NCBI RefSeq assembly: GCF_051307035.1
Contig: NZ_CP195536.1
Span: 1,020,001 to 1,052,000 of the forward strand
Direction: 5' to 3'
Source of the DNA: Psychrobacter sp. DM4
GTDB taxonomy: Bacteria; Pseudomonadota; Gammaproteobacteria; Pseudomonadales; Moraxellaceae
DNA: 32,000 bases
Made by a program: the position numbers and the translations under genes. The stretch's first letter is position 1, and each line of letters starts with the position of its first letter. Positions 9,547 through 19,216 of the stretch are shown here, in pieces. A model generated the notes under the pieces. The model saw only the letters and a program-made list of their open reading frames with translations. It did no database searches and was not told the DNA's origin.

Positions 9547-10248
9547 ATGACTAATGATGTAAATCGTTCTCCAATTATTGTCGCACTTGATAATAATACT
9601 CTAGATTCTGCGTTAGCATTAGCGGATCAACTAGATCCAAGCCTTTGCCGCTTAAAGGTAGGCAAAGAGCTTTTTACGCAATCAGGACCGAGTGCTATAA
9701 AAGCTTTACATCAACGCGGATTTGAGATTTTTTTAGATCTAAAGTTTCATGATATTCCTAATACGACTGCGCAGGCAGTACTAGCTGCCGCTGATTTAGG
9801 TATCTGGATGGTGAACGTTCACGCAAGCTCTGGCTTTGATGCTATGTCACTAGCGAAGCGACGTTTGATAGCAGGCAATTTTGACACTTTATTGATAGCT
9901 GTAACTGTACTGACCTCTATGAGTCAAGATAATTTGACACAGATCGGCATTAATGACAGCTTAGACACACAAGTGAGTCGCTTAGCCAAGCTAACTGAGC
10001 AAGCAGGTCTCGATGGGGTTGTCTGTTCAGCACAAGAAGCCAAAGTGCTAAGAAGACTGTGCGATAGTAATTTTAAATTAGTCACACCAGGCATACGCTT
10101 ACCTGAAGATAATGTAGACGATCAAAAACGAGTTTGTACGCCACATCAGGCATTGGATAATGGTTCCGATTACCTGGTTATTGGTCGCTCTATTACTCAA
10201 GATAAAAACCCTACTGCTAAGCTACAAGAGATTTTGGCAACGCTTTAA
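9547..10248 (+). CDS. pyrF: Orotidine 5'-phosphate decarboxylase
   Basis: Active-site motif [10 protein letters not shown], plus the N-terminal VALD and C-terminal VIGRSIT motifs typical of type 1 OMP decarboxylases. Confidence 0.93.
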   Translation: MTNDVNRSPIIVALDNNTLDSALALADQLDPSLCRLKVGKELFTQSGPSAIKALHQRGFEIFLDLKFHDIPNTTAQAVLAAADLGIWMVNVHASSGFDAMSLAKRRLIAGNFDTLLIAVTVLTSMSQDNLTQIGINDSLDTQVSRLAKLTEQAGLDGVVCSAQEAKVLRRLCDSNFKLVTPGIRLPEDNVDDQKRVCTPHQALDNGSDYLVIGRSITQDKNPTAKLQEILATL

Positions 10249-10278
10249 TTGCCTACTAAATCAAAACGTTACTAGTAT

Positions 10279-10313
10279 AAAAAGACAACCTTTGTGTTGT
10301 CTTTTTATTTTTT
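10279..10313 (+). terminator. Rho-independent terminator after pyrF
   Basis: AAAGACAAC-ctttgt-GTTGTCTTT followed by TTATTTTTT. Confidence 0.7.
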
Positions 10314-10439
10314 GTGGTAGAGTCAATCAGTGCTAAACTTGATAACACTTTATTATCCATACAAGATAACCTTTTATATAACAACTCGAAATTTTAGAGT
10401 TATATAAATATTTTGTACTCTTTACTAATATTGGATCCT

Positions 10440-11237
10440 ATGAAACTACAGATTGTAAGTGATTTGCACATAGACAGTTATGCCAGACAGTCGCATCCAA
10501 TAGGACATATTCCTAAGACGGACGCTGACATCGTCTTAGTGGCAGGTGACACTGCTAATAGTGATAGTGGTATGCCATGGCTACAAGAACAAGCTCATCG
10601 CCTAGCCGTTCCTGTTATCACAGTTGCGGGTAATCATGAATATTTTGGTGAAAACATACTAGACTTTGATCACAAGCTTGCCACTTGGGATAACTTCGAT
10701 CCTAAGACGAAAATAGGCGTACGAGTTTTACAGTGTCAACACATGGATATCGGTGATGTGCGTCTATTAGGCTGTACGCTATGGACGGACTATCAGTATC
10801 AAGCAAACGCCGATACTATGGAGGTCGCTAAACGCTTTATGCGTGATTACAATCGAATTTATGCAGGTGATCACATGTTCTCACCTGAGTTGTCGATGGA
10901 GATACATGCCAAGCATCGAGCATGGTTGCAGCAAGCATTAATAACCGCAGAACAGCTTGGCAAAAAAACTATAGTCATGAGTCATCATAGTATTAGTCCG
11001 TTATCAGTATCTGAGAAGTACGCCACTCTGCCCAGTAATGCCGCTTTTGTCAGTGACTTATCTACTTGGATGTTTGAGCCGTGGGCGCCCATGCTTTGGG
11101 TACATGGCCATACTCACGAGGCGTTTGATTATCGTATTAATAACACACGAGTCATCGTCAACCCGCGCGCTTATCCTAATGAAGTCAGCAGTACAGCGAT
11201 AGAATTTGCATGGGATAGAGTAATTGACGTTGGTTAA
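10440..11237 (+). CDS. Calcineurin-like metallophosphoesterase (substrate unknown)
   Basis: The full set of MPE motifs is present in order: SDLHID (DxH), VAGDTAN (GD), AGNHEYF (GNHE), MSHH (H), VHGHTHE (GHxH). ATG 10440 (MKLQIVSDLH) is preferred over TTG 10413. Confidence 0.75.
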   Translation: MKLQIVSDLHIDSYARQSHPIGHIPKTDADIVLVAGDTANSDSGMPWLQEQAHRLAVPVITVAGNHEYFGENILDFDHKLATWDNFDPKTKIGVRVLQCQHMDIGDVRLLGCTLWTDYQYQANADTMEVAKRFMRDYNRIYAGDHMFSPELSMEIHAKHRAWLQQALITAEQLGKKTIVMSHHSISPLSVSEKYATLPSNAAFVSDLSTWMFEPWAPMLWVHGHTHEAFDYRINNTRVIVNPRAYPNEVSSTAIEFAWDRVIDVG

Positions 11238-11254
11238 TATGACGTTGGTGAATA
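11225..11254 (+). repeat. 15-bp tandem duplication spanning the metallophosphoesterase stop codon
   Basis: TGACGTTGGTTAATA followed directly by TGACGTTGGTGAATA. The single mismatch (T vs G) is the first base of the TAA stop in copy 1. Confidence 0.8.
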
Positions 11255-11374
11255 TATAGCGACTCATTTAGTTTTATAACAAATTAGTTTCATAAGAAGT
11301 TTTTTTACAATAGGTTTTAATGCATCACAGTCAAATTTTCCTCATCAAAGTGCAATTTTGCTAGGCTTGATACT

Positions 11375-12199
11375 ATGGATAAGAGTATAGATAACGTGCA
11401 GTCAGATTATGGCAAGATATATAAGCCTAGCGTCCCTGCACCTTCGCATCTGCCTGAGAGTATGATGTCGTCGGTTAGTTTGCTACCTGAAAACGAGCGC
11501 TTAATTCTATTTACTAGGCACTCCTTACGTACGCGCTCTGATGGTAATGGATTTGCCAGTGATCAGCTGCCTCTTACGCCTAAAGGTCGCGTATTAGCAA
11601 AGTCTTGGGGTCGTTGGTTGCATAGTCATCTGCCGTACTCGCTCGATGTTGATAGTATCTCAAGTCCTATTGGGCGCTGCATTGATACCGCGCAGCTCAT
11701 GCAAGAGGGCGCAGGTCTACAGCGTAGTATCATTCATCAGTCACTGCTTGTTGAGCCTGGGAGCTTAGTCACTGAGCCTGAGATTGCAAGTAAAGTATTC
11801 AAAGAGGTTGGTGTATTAAACTTTATCAACCGGTTTTTACAAGGTAGTTTAGAGGGCACCAAAAACGCTCACCAAGGCGGACTTGATATTTTGTCACTTT
11901 TTTATCAGCATCAGCCGCAAAAAGGACATTTGATGCTGGCAGTAAGCCATGATACTTTGTTATCAGCATTTTTAGCGGTAATGTTAGATATGCCTGAGAT
12001 TGACTGGAACGACTGGCCAAAAATGATGGAAGGGGTGTTTTTGTGGTTCGATGACGCCCCCTTTGATAAGGCGAGCGCTCACTTTATTTGGCGCGGTGAG
12101 GTTTATAGTCGTTCTGTTATTAGTTTACTAGAGCGTTATTCAACCGCAGGATTCACTCAAGATAATCTACTCTTACCTCCAGAGGTTAGTTGGCGATAG
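11375..12199 (+). CDS. Histidine phosphatase superfamily (PGAM/SixA-like) protein
   Basis: Contains the branch-1 motifs RHS (LFTRHSLRTR, equivalent to RHG), LTPKG, SSPIGRCIDTA and the second catalytic His in AVSHDTLL. No closer assignment is possible by eye. Confidence 0.6.
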   Translation: MDKSIDNVQSDYGKIYKPSVPAPSHLPESMMSSVSLLPENERLILFTRHSLRTRSDGNGFASDQLPLTPKGRVLAKSWGRWLHSHLPYSLDVDSISSPIGRCIDTAQLMQEGAGLQRSIIHQSLLVEPGSLVTEPEIASKVFKEVGVLNFINRFLQGSLEGTKNAHQGGLDILSLFYQHQPQKGHLMLAVSHDTLLSAFLAVMLDMPEIDWNDWPKMMEGVFLWFDDAPFDKASAHFIWRGEVYSRSVISLLERYSTAGFTQDNLLLPPEVSWR

Positions 12200-12232
12200 A
12201 GCAGGAGCAGACGAAGACTATAGCAGTAAACA

Positions 12233-12266
12233 TAAAAAAACCTTGCCGCTATGGCAAGGTTTTTTG
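12233..12266. terminator. Bidirectional rho-independent terminator between the phosphatase gene (+) and rpsT (-)
   Basis: AAAAAAA-CCTTGCC-gctat-GGCAAGG-TTTTTT: an A-run and a T-run flank a perfect 7-bp stem. Confidence 0.75.
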
Positions 12267-12297
12267 GTTGAACACTATCGTTAATAAACTTACGTTA

Positions 12298-12564
12298 TTA
12301 AGCTTGTAAGCCTTTAATAGTTTTGTTCAGACGGCTCTTACGACGAGCGGCTTTATTCTTATGAATAATACCTTTGTCAGCCATACGATCAAGAACTGGC
12401 ACTGCTTGCTTGTAAGCTTCAGTAGCCGCGTCATAATCTTTGGCTTCGATAGCCGCATCAATGCGTTTTAGATAAGTACGAACCATTGAGCGCTGTGATG
12501 CTGAATGTTGGCGACGTTTGGTGTTTTGACGAGCGCGTTTACGAGCTTGTGCGGTATTAGCCAC
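12298..12564 (-). CDS. rpsT: 30S ribosomal protein S20
   Basis: [34 protein letters not shown] matches the S20 N-terminus. A GTG start at 12564 is preceded by AAGGAG with 6-nt spacing. The longer ORF to 12606 adds a non-protein-like leader. Confidence 0.93.
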   Translation of the reverse strand: MANTAQARKRARQNTKRRQHSASQRSMVRTYLKRIDAAIEAKDYDAATEAYKQAVPVLDRMADKGIIHKNKAARRKSRLNKTIKGLQA

Positions 12565-13145
12565 GCGTATCTCCTTGGTAAAAGACAGATAAAAAATGAA
12601 TGTCAATTGCGATTATGGATTTGGTTGTCATCATTGACGAGCAGCCGTCTCATCAAACATGATGTCAATGCCAAATAAATAGGTCATCTAAACGTCGAAG
12701 ATATCTGGAATAATTAGACAGCTTCAACGTGTAAAGCCGGTTATCTTAACAAATTATTGCGCCTAGAACAATATATTTGCGTGCTATCGGCCAAAGATGA
12801 CTTACGAGTAGTACCTTGCATACCCATACAGCAATCATTCAGCAATTAATGAGGTTATATAGACAAAATCTCTTACAATATAATGGATATAACGGCATCA
12901 GTTGTCGACTAACTTAGGTATGATTAGTCTAAGAGTCACTCTTACAAAGTATTTCAATTAAAAGATGTGCAGTCGCGTTATGTACGGAAAACGATAGATA
13001 ATACTATTTGTATATCAATTAACTTTTAATTATTTCAGGAATAACTGTTGTTGTGTCGTATTCACAATTAGTTATCCAAAGCAGCTTAAGTTGATGACTA
13101 AAAATAGAGAAATAACAACATTATCAGAATATAGTTGGATAAAAT

Positions 13146-13853
13146 ATGCAGCGAAAAGCCATTATAATAGGTGCAACAGGGTTGGTTGGACAGCATTTAG
13201 TTAAGCAGCTAAGTGAGTTATACGATAAGCTGATTGTCATTGCAAGGCGCCCGCCACGTTACATCAATACTAGTATGCGTTTTTATCAAGTTAATGATTT
13301 TGATAATTTGAGTGAAGTCTTTGCTAGTGTGAACGTGGACAAAACCACTGATGCTTTTAGCTGTCTGGGTACGACCAAAAAACAGGCGGGCAGTGATGAG
13401 GCTTTTCGCAAAGTCGATCACGATTATAATGTCTGTTTTGCCCAACTATGCCGTGATAAAGGAGTGGAGAACTTCTTTTTGTTATCATCAATGAATGCAG
13501 ATGTCGATAGCAGGTTTTCATATAATCGAGTCAAAGCAGAGACGGAGCAGTCCATTGAGGCATTGAGCTTTGCTGATTTAGTGGTTTTTCGCCCCTCGCT
13601 ATTACTTGGCAAACATAAAGGTCGCCCCTTAGAGAATATCAGTCAGACGTTATTTGGGCTGATATCACCTTTGGTATCGGAATCTCTGCCCTTGCATCCT
13701 ATATCAGCAAAGCGGGTTGCCAATGCGATGACTATGAGTGCACAAGGGATATATGAGCGCCGCAAGTTTAGCGATTACCATACTGAAGACGCTGCCAAGA
13801 CGACGATTATTGAAAATAAAGCCATGCTCTCCATGACTCGCGTCAAATCTTAA
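13146..13853 (+). CDS. NAD(P)H-binding atypical SDR, YraR/HTATIP2-like
   Basis: Rossmann motif IIGATGLVGQHL. CLGTTKKQAGSDEAFRKVDHDY and YNRVKAETE are colinear with E. coli YraR (CLGTTRREAGSKEAF...YNRVKGEME). Confidence 0.7.
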   Translation: MQRKAIIIGATGLVGQHLVKQLSELYDKLIVIARRPPRYINTSMRFYQVNDFDNLSEVFASVNVDKTTDAFSCLGTTKKQAGSDEAFRKVDHDYNVCFAQLCRDKGVENFFLLSSMNADVDSRFSYNRVKAETEQSIEALSFADLVVFRPSLLLGKHKGRPLENISQTLFGLISPLVSESLPLHPISAKRVANAMTMSAQGIYERRKFSDYHTEDAAKTTIIENKAMLSMTRVKS

Positions 13854-13937
13854 ATTAGTATCAATGAATAGCCTAAGCAATATTAAATGACGGTAAGAAT
13901 TATCGCATAGTTAACCATTATAAAAGGAGTTTTTGTT

Positions 13938-14471
13938 ATGTCAGAGTCTCTAGCCATGACCAAAGAGAATTTTGTCACCTGTGATTTATTAGATGCCAAT
14001 CCCGAATCACAGGTATGTTTGCCTAATATAGAAGGCAAATCTTTTTATAGTTTTGGGGCAAAAGATAAGTTTTGCGGTGAGATAGTGACCGTAAAATGTT
14101 TTGAAGATAATAGCCGTGTTAAATCGCTACTCAATAGTGATGGCAAGGATAAAAACGGTGAGGGTAAAGTGCTGGTTGTTGATGGCGGCGGCTCTATGCG
14201 CTGTGCACTGTTAGGCGATATGATCGCCCAATCTGCAATCGATAACGGCTGGGAAGGAGTCATAGTCTACGGCTGTGTTCGTGACGTGGATGATATGGCA
14301 CAGATGGAGATAGGGGTAATGGCACTAGGCTGCATCCCGCGCAAGTCGACGCGCCGCGATGAAGGTCAAACAGATATAGAAGTTAGTTTTGGCGATTTGA
14401 CTCTCAATTCTGGTATGTATATTTATGCGGATAATAATGGCATGATTGCTAGTAGTAAGTCACTTATTTAG
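13938..14471 (+). CDS. rraA: RraA family protein (RNase E regulator / 4-hydroxy-4-methyl-2-oxoglutarate aldolase family)
   Basis: Typical RraA core: VVDGGGSMRCALLGDMIAQSAIDNGWEGVIVYGCVRDVDDM. AAGGAG lies 7 nt upstream of ATG 13938. Confidence 0.88.
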   Translation: MSESLAMTKENFVTCDLLDANPESQVCLPNIEGKSFYSFGAKDKFCGEIVTVKCFEDNSRVKSLLNSDGKDKNGEGKVLVVDGGGSMRCALLGDMIAQSAIDNGWEGVIVYGCVRDVDDMAQMEIGVMALGCIPRKSTRRDEGQTDIEVSFGDLTLNSGMYIYADNNGMIASSKSLI

Positions 14472-14520
14472 TTGGATATCTATACCTATAAAGTCTTAGC
14501 TATTCTCTAAACGCCATTTA

Positions 14521-14548
14521 CCCTAGCTCTCGTGCTAGGGTTTTTTTG
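14521..14548 (+). terminator. Rho-independent terminator after rraA
   Basis: CCCTAGC-tctcgt-GCTAGGG followed by TTTTTTT. Confidence 0.85.
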
Positions 14549-14651
14549 TCAAAAAAGACCATACATGAATGTACGCATCGATACATATGACTAAAGCTTT
14601 ACAATAGTGAGCTTATATATATCTGAGTGACAAACCGTTACGGCATACATT

Positions 14652-14680
14652 TTGGTCAATCAGCAAAATATTCGTATAAT
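14652..14680 (+). promoter_or_regulatory. Candidate sigma70 promoter for mfd
   Basis: TTGGTC (14652-14657), a 17-nt spacer, then a consensus TATAAT (14675-14680), 20-35 nt upstream of the possible mfd starts. Confidence 0.45.
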
Positions 14681-14714
14681 AGTCCTCTGACTCCTAACTT
14701 TGATCTTATCTTTT

Positions 14715-17700
14715 ATGCCTATCACTGCTTTAACTGACGCCTTTGCTCCTATCAATCAACAGCTATTTCCTATCGACAATGCCCAAAATCGCTGGCTTGC
14801 GCCAACTCATGGCGCTGTTGGTAGCTTATGGCTGGCAAGTTTGATGACATCACCATTATGGGAGCTGACAGATCGACTTAAAGTTGTGGTCACTCGCGAT
14901 CAAAATCAGCTCAATCAGATAGAGACTGAGTTAGCCTTTTGCGGGGTTGATGCTTATGTGTTTCCCGATTGGGAGACCTTGACCTATGATGAGCTATCGC
15001 CGCATCAAGATATTGTCAGCGAGCGCATCAATCTGCTGACACATATGCCGACCTCAGGTGTACTGCTAATCTCTGTACAGGCATTGATGCATCGCGTAGC
15101 ACCCCCAAGTTGGCTCATCGGTCAGCATTTTGATCTGAGTGTGGGCGATCAATTCGACATCAATACCCAGCGCGAGCTACTGATCAAGGCAGGCTATCGT
15201 TCAGTCGATAATGTCTTTGAGCCAGGAGAGTTTGCGGTACGTGGCAGTATCATAGATATTTTTGCGATGGGGCAGCCGTTTCCACTACGTTTAGATCTGT
15301 TTGATGATGAGATTGAGACCATTCGCTTTTTCAATCCGCAAACTCAGCGTACTTTGACGGCTGATGATCTCAAAGCGATGCTTAGTGGCAATGATACGAG
15401 TATGGCTAAAGAATCGTTATCGCTACTACATAAATTGCCAGATATCTCAAAACCAATTACTCAGTTCCAAATACTGCCCGCAAAAGAGTTCCCACTTGAC
15501 GAAGGCCGCGAGACTTTTCGCACTAATTTTGCAGCAATGTTTCCTAATACGAGCAGCCGTAAGTTTGAGCTACATAAAGATGTAATGGCAGGCATCGCCA
15601 GTAGTGGACTGGAGTACTACCAGCCACTATTTTTTGATCTAAAAGACTGGCAGGATCAAAGTAGTTTATTCTCCTATTTTCCAAAAGATGCTCTATTCAT
15701 CACCGACGAATTTATTAATGAGAAGCAAGTAGATTACTGGTCACAGATTCAGCGCCGTTATGAAGAGCGTCGCCATGATATTGACAAGCCTATCGTCGCT
15801 CCTGAACTATTGTATTTACTATCAAATGCGCTAAACGAGCATCTCAATCACTATCCAAGAGTGATTATGAGTGCTAGTGATAAACTAGCAGCAATAGATA
15901 CCTCTTCTGTGGCTTCATCAGAAGTAGCGATAGACCAAGTACCTAATAAGAAAAAAGGCGTAACCACGCTAAGCGCACAAATACCGCCGCAGCTGCCTGT
16001 CAATCATCAAAAAGCGGAACCTTTATCCGAGCTACTAGCGTTCTTAGCATTGCAAATGCAAACGGGTACGCCCGTATTGATTGTTGCCGAAACCGCTGGG
16101 CGTCGGGAGATTCTCATTGAGCTGTTTAAAGGTAAGATCGATATCCAATCTTATAGCAGCTTTGCAGATTTTTTGGCCGTTGATAAAATTAGTACAGTAA
16201 ACGAGAATGCTCGCCCGCAAGTGGGTCTGACAGTAGCGCCTATCGAGCGCGGTGTTTATGTGCCTGAGCGTCTAGTGCTTATCAGTGAGACGCAGCTATT
16301 TGGAAGACAAGTCTTACAAACTCGTAGGCGCAGGCAGAGCGGTGTATCAGAAGAGTTTTTAGTCAAGAGCGTCACTGAGATCATCGAGGGTAGTCCAGTT
16401 GTACATATCGAGCACGGCATCGGTCGCTACAACGGGCTAATTACTCTCGATGTTGGCGACGGTGAGCAAGAGTTCATTCATCTAAAATACGCAGATGATG
16501 CGAGTATTTATGTGCCAGTCGCCAATTTACAGATGATCAATCGTTATAGCGGCGGTGATCCTGCGCTTGCGCCATTGCACAAAATCGGTAGTGGTAAGTG
16601 GGATCGCGCCAAACAAAAAGCGCTAGAACAAATCCATGACGTGGCAGCTGAGCTCCTAAATATGCAAGCGCGTCGCGAGGCCAAAGTAGGTATCCATTTC
16701 AAAATAGATATCTCTCAGTACGAACTATTTGCTAGTCAGTTCGCTTTTGAGGAGACTCCTGATCAGGCCAATGCGATTCATGCGGTCATGGAGGACATGA
16801 AACAAAACCAACCTATGGATCGACTTATTTGTGGTGATGTTGGCTTTGGTAAAACAGAAGTTGCTATGCGCGCAGCTTTCATCGCCGTCAGTGCTGGTTA
16901 TCAGGTAGCGATATTGGTGCCAACAACGTTGCTAGCAGGTCAACACGAAGATAATTTCCGTGATCGTTTTGCTGATTGGCCCTTACGTATAGAGACGCTT
17001 TCACGCTTTGGTGGCAAGAAACATCAGGATACGGTATTAGCCGATCTTGCAGCAGGCAAAGTCGATATCGTTATTGGTACCCATAAACTTCTGCAACCTG
17101 ATGTAAAGTTTTCAAACCTAGGGCTTATGATTGTCGATGAAGAGCATCGATTTGGCGTGCGTCATAAAGAGCGTATTAAAGCCATTCAGACTGATGTGGA
17201 TAGTATGTCGATGACAGCTACGCCTATTCCTCGTACGCTCAATATGGCGCTCTCAGGTATGCGTGATATGTCGATTATCGCAACCCCGCCTGCACGTCGA
17301 CTATCTATCAAAACCTTTGTGATGCAAAAGACAGAGTCGCTGATGAAAGAGGCGATTTTGCGTGAGTTACTACGCGGAGGTCAGGTGTACCTTTTGCATA
17401 ATGACGTGGCAAGTATTGAGCGTATGGCTGAGACGGTGCGCGAGCTAGTACCAGAGGCGCGCGTTGGCGTCGCTCATGGACAGATGCAAGAGCGTCAACT
17501 TGAACAAGTCATGCAGCAGTTTTATCATAAGAAATTCAATGTTCTTATTTGTTCAACCATCATCGAAACAGGCATTGATGTCCCTAATGCCAATACTATT
17601 ATCATTGAACGCGCTGACAAGTTTGGTTTGGCGCAACTTCATCAGCTGCGTGGACGAGTCGGTCGTAGCCATCATCAGGCTTATTGCTATTTATTAGTAC

Positions 17701-18413
17701 CTTCTATCAAAGGTCTAAAAGGCGATGCCAAAAGACGTTTGCATGCTATTGAGCGCGCTAATACTTTGGGTGCAGGCTTTATGCTTGCCAGCGAAGATTT
17801 GGAAATTCGAGGTGCTGGCGAGATACTCGGTAAGCAGCAAAGTGGTAATATGCAGGCCATTGGCTTTAGTCTTTATATGGATATGCTAGAGCGCGCAACC
17901 AAAGCGATTAAAGCAGGTAAGGAGCCTGATTTGAGTACGCCACTATCGCTTACTAGCGAGATTAATCTGCATGCTTCAGCGCTCATACCAGAGGAGTATC
18001 TACATGACGTGCATCAGCGCTTATTGTTCTATAAGCGCATTAGCAACGCTGATGATAAAGATGCGCTCACCGATATCCGTACGGAGATGATAGACCGTTT
18101 TGGTATACTGCCAGATCAGACCAATCAGCTGTTTGCGATTCACGGACTACGTATACAAGCAGAGCCACTTATGATTAATAAGATAGATTCAAGTAGTAGT
18201 AGTCTAACGTTGGAGTTTGCGCCAGATACGCCTGTCGATGCACTAGCGATTATCAAGCTCATTCAGTCTAATAACAAGCACTACCGTATGAACGGTGCTT
18301 CCGGTATTCGCTATCAAAATGCTGATAAACTTGTAACGCCTCAGCAGCGAGTCGCTGTTGTTCAAGAGCTGCTCAAGTATTTTAGCGATCATCTGGTCGC
18401 CGATGCGGCTTAG
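14715..18413 (+). CDS. mfd: Transcription-repair coupling factor Mfd
   Basis: Colinear with E. coli Mfd throughout: UvrB-homology N region, RNAP-interacting region (VVHIEHGIGRYNGL), SF2 motifs GDVGFGKTEVAMRAA, DEEH (MIVDEEHRFGV) and QLRGRVGRS, and the C-terminal D7 domain. Start is ATG 14715 or TTG 14700; neither has an SD. Confidence 0.95.
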   Translation: MPITALTDAFAPINQQLFPIDNAQNRWLAPTHGAVGSLWLASLMTSPLWELTDRLKVVVTRDQNQLNQIETELAFCGVDAYVFPDWETLTYDELSPHQDIVSERINLLTHMPTSGVLLISVQALMHRVAPPSWLIGQHFDLSVGDQFDINTQRELLIKAGYRSVDNVFEPGEFAVRGSIIDIFAMGQPFPLRLDLFDDEIETIRFFNPQTQRTLTADDLKAMLSGNDTSMAKESLSLLHKLPDISKPITQFQILPAKEFPLDEGRETFRTNFAAMFPNTSSRKFELHKDVMAGIASSGLEYYQPLFFDLKDWQDQSSLFSYFPKDALFITDEFINEKQVDYWSQIQRRYEERRHDIDKPIVAPELLYLLSNALNEHLNHYPRVIMSASDKLAAIDTSSVASSEVAIDQVPNKKKGVTTLSAQIPPQLPVNHQKAEPLSELLAFLALQMQTGTPVLIVAETAGRREILIELFKGKIDIQSYSSFADFLAVDKISTVNENARPQVGLTVAPIERGVYVPERLVLISETQLFGRQVLQTRRRRQSGVSEEFLVKSVTEIIEGSPVVHIEHGIGRYNGLITLDVGDGEQEFIHLKYADDASIYVPVANLQMINRYSGGDPALAPLHKIGSGKWDRAKQKALEQIHDVAAELLNMQARREAKVGIHFKIDISQYELFASQFAFEETPDQANAIHAVMEDMKQNQPMDRLICGDVGFGKTEVAMRAAFIAVSAGYQVAILVPTTLLAGQHEDNFRDRFADWPLRIETLSRFGGKKHQDTVLADLAAGKVDIVIGTHKLLQPDVKFSNLGLMIVDEEHRFGVRHKERIKAIQTDVDSMSMTATPIPRTLNMALSGMRDMSIIATPPARRLSIKTFVMQKTESLMKEAILRELLRGGQVYLLHNDVASIERMAETVRELVPEARVGVAHGQMQERQLEQVMQQFYHKKFNVLICSTIIETGIDVPNANTIIIERADKFGLAQLHQLRGRVGRSHHQAYCYLLVPSIKGLKGDAKRRLHAIERANTLGAGFMLASEDLEIRGAGEILGKQQSGNMQAIGFSLYMDMLERATKAIKAGKEPDLSTPLSLTSEINLHASALIPEEYLHDVHQRLLFYKRISNADDKDALTDIRTEMIDRFGILPDQTNQLFAIHGLRIQAEPLMINKIDSSSSSLTLEFAPDTPVDALAIIKLIQSNNKHYRMNGASGIRYQNADKLVTPQQRVAVVQELLKYFSDHLVADAA

Positions 18414-18439
18414 GATCTTTTCAAGTTGGTAGTGTGTGT

Positions 18440-18496
18440 GACTGTTTTATCGCAAAGATACCTGATAAAATAGTCAGACTGTACTTTTGCTTTTTT
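18440..18496 (+). terminator. Possible terminator/attenuator hairpin after mfd
   Basis: GACTGTTTTATC (18440-18451) pairs with GATAAAATAGTC (18464-18475) with one wobble. A T-rich tract (cttttgctttttt) follows about 10 nt later, so the geometry is imperfect. Confidence 0.4.
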
Positions 18497-18515
18497 AATG
18501 AGAGAAACCGTCATT

Positions 18516-18947
18516 ATGTTTCAATTGCATCCTAAGCTTGCCGCTGATAGTTTTTTAGTGGGTGATTTTCCGTTGTCAACGTGCCGTTTGATTAATGATT
18601 GTCAGTTCCCTTGGCTGATTTTGGTACCTCGCGTTACAGGCGTCAAAGAACTATATGAGTTGTCAGATACCGATCAAGCACAGTTTTTGCGCGAATCAAG
18701 CTGGTTATCAAGTCAACTCGCCAAGACCTTTCAAGCGGACAAGATGAACGTCGCCGCCCTTGGTAATCAAGTTCCCCAGCTTCACTTTCATCACATCGTG
18801 CGCTACCAAAACGACATGCAATGGCCAAATCCAGTATGGGGCGTATCAGCGGTTCCGTACACTAACGATATCATGTCACAGATGCAGCAAACACTTATGA
18901 TGGCATTACGCGGTCATCATCAGATGCCTTTTGATTGGCAGATGTAA
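18516..18947 (+). CDS. HIT (histidine triad) family protein
   Basis: PWLILVPRV...NVAALGNQVPQLHFHHIVRY carries the histidine-triad-type motif of the COG0537 group. The start MFQLHPKLAADSF at 18516 fits typical family N-termini; the alternative is ATG 18498. Confidence 0.75.
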   Translation: MFQLHPKLAADSFLVGDFPLSTCRLINDCQFPWLILVPRVTGVKELYELSDTDQAQFLRESSWLSSQLAKTFQADKMNVAALGNQVPQLHFHHIVRYQNDMQWPNPVWGVSAVPYTNDIMSQMQQTLMMALRGHHQMPFDWQM

Positions 18948-19022
18948 GTATTACAACATACTTTTTTTGAATTTAAGTTATACCTCAAAATTTAACTGCG
19001 TAATAATAAAAGAAAAATCACA

Positions 19023-19072
19023 AACCTCCAGTCATCACTTACTATCACATAAGTAATGACTGGAGGTTTTTT
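19023..19072 (+). terminator. Strong rho-independent terminator after the HIT gene
   Basis: AACCTCCAGTCAT (19023-19035) pairs perfectly with ATGACTGGAGGTT (19056-19068) and the stem extends further inward. It is followed by TTTTTT. Confidence 0.85.
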
Positions 19073-19216
19073 GGTCGTCAATGGCATGCCTTTTGCATAT
19101 TTATTAACTTATAATAAAGTATAATGATAGCCTATATTATAAATGATAACGCATAGATCATAAGCATCAACCTACAATAACCACTCTTTACCATTCATCA
19201 AAAGCGGGCGACAACT

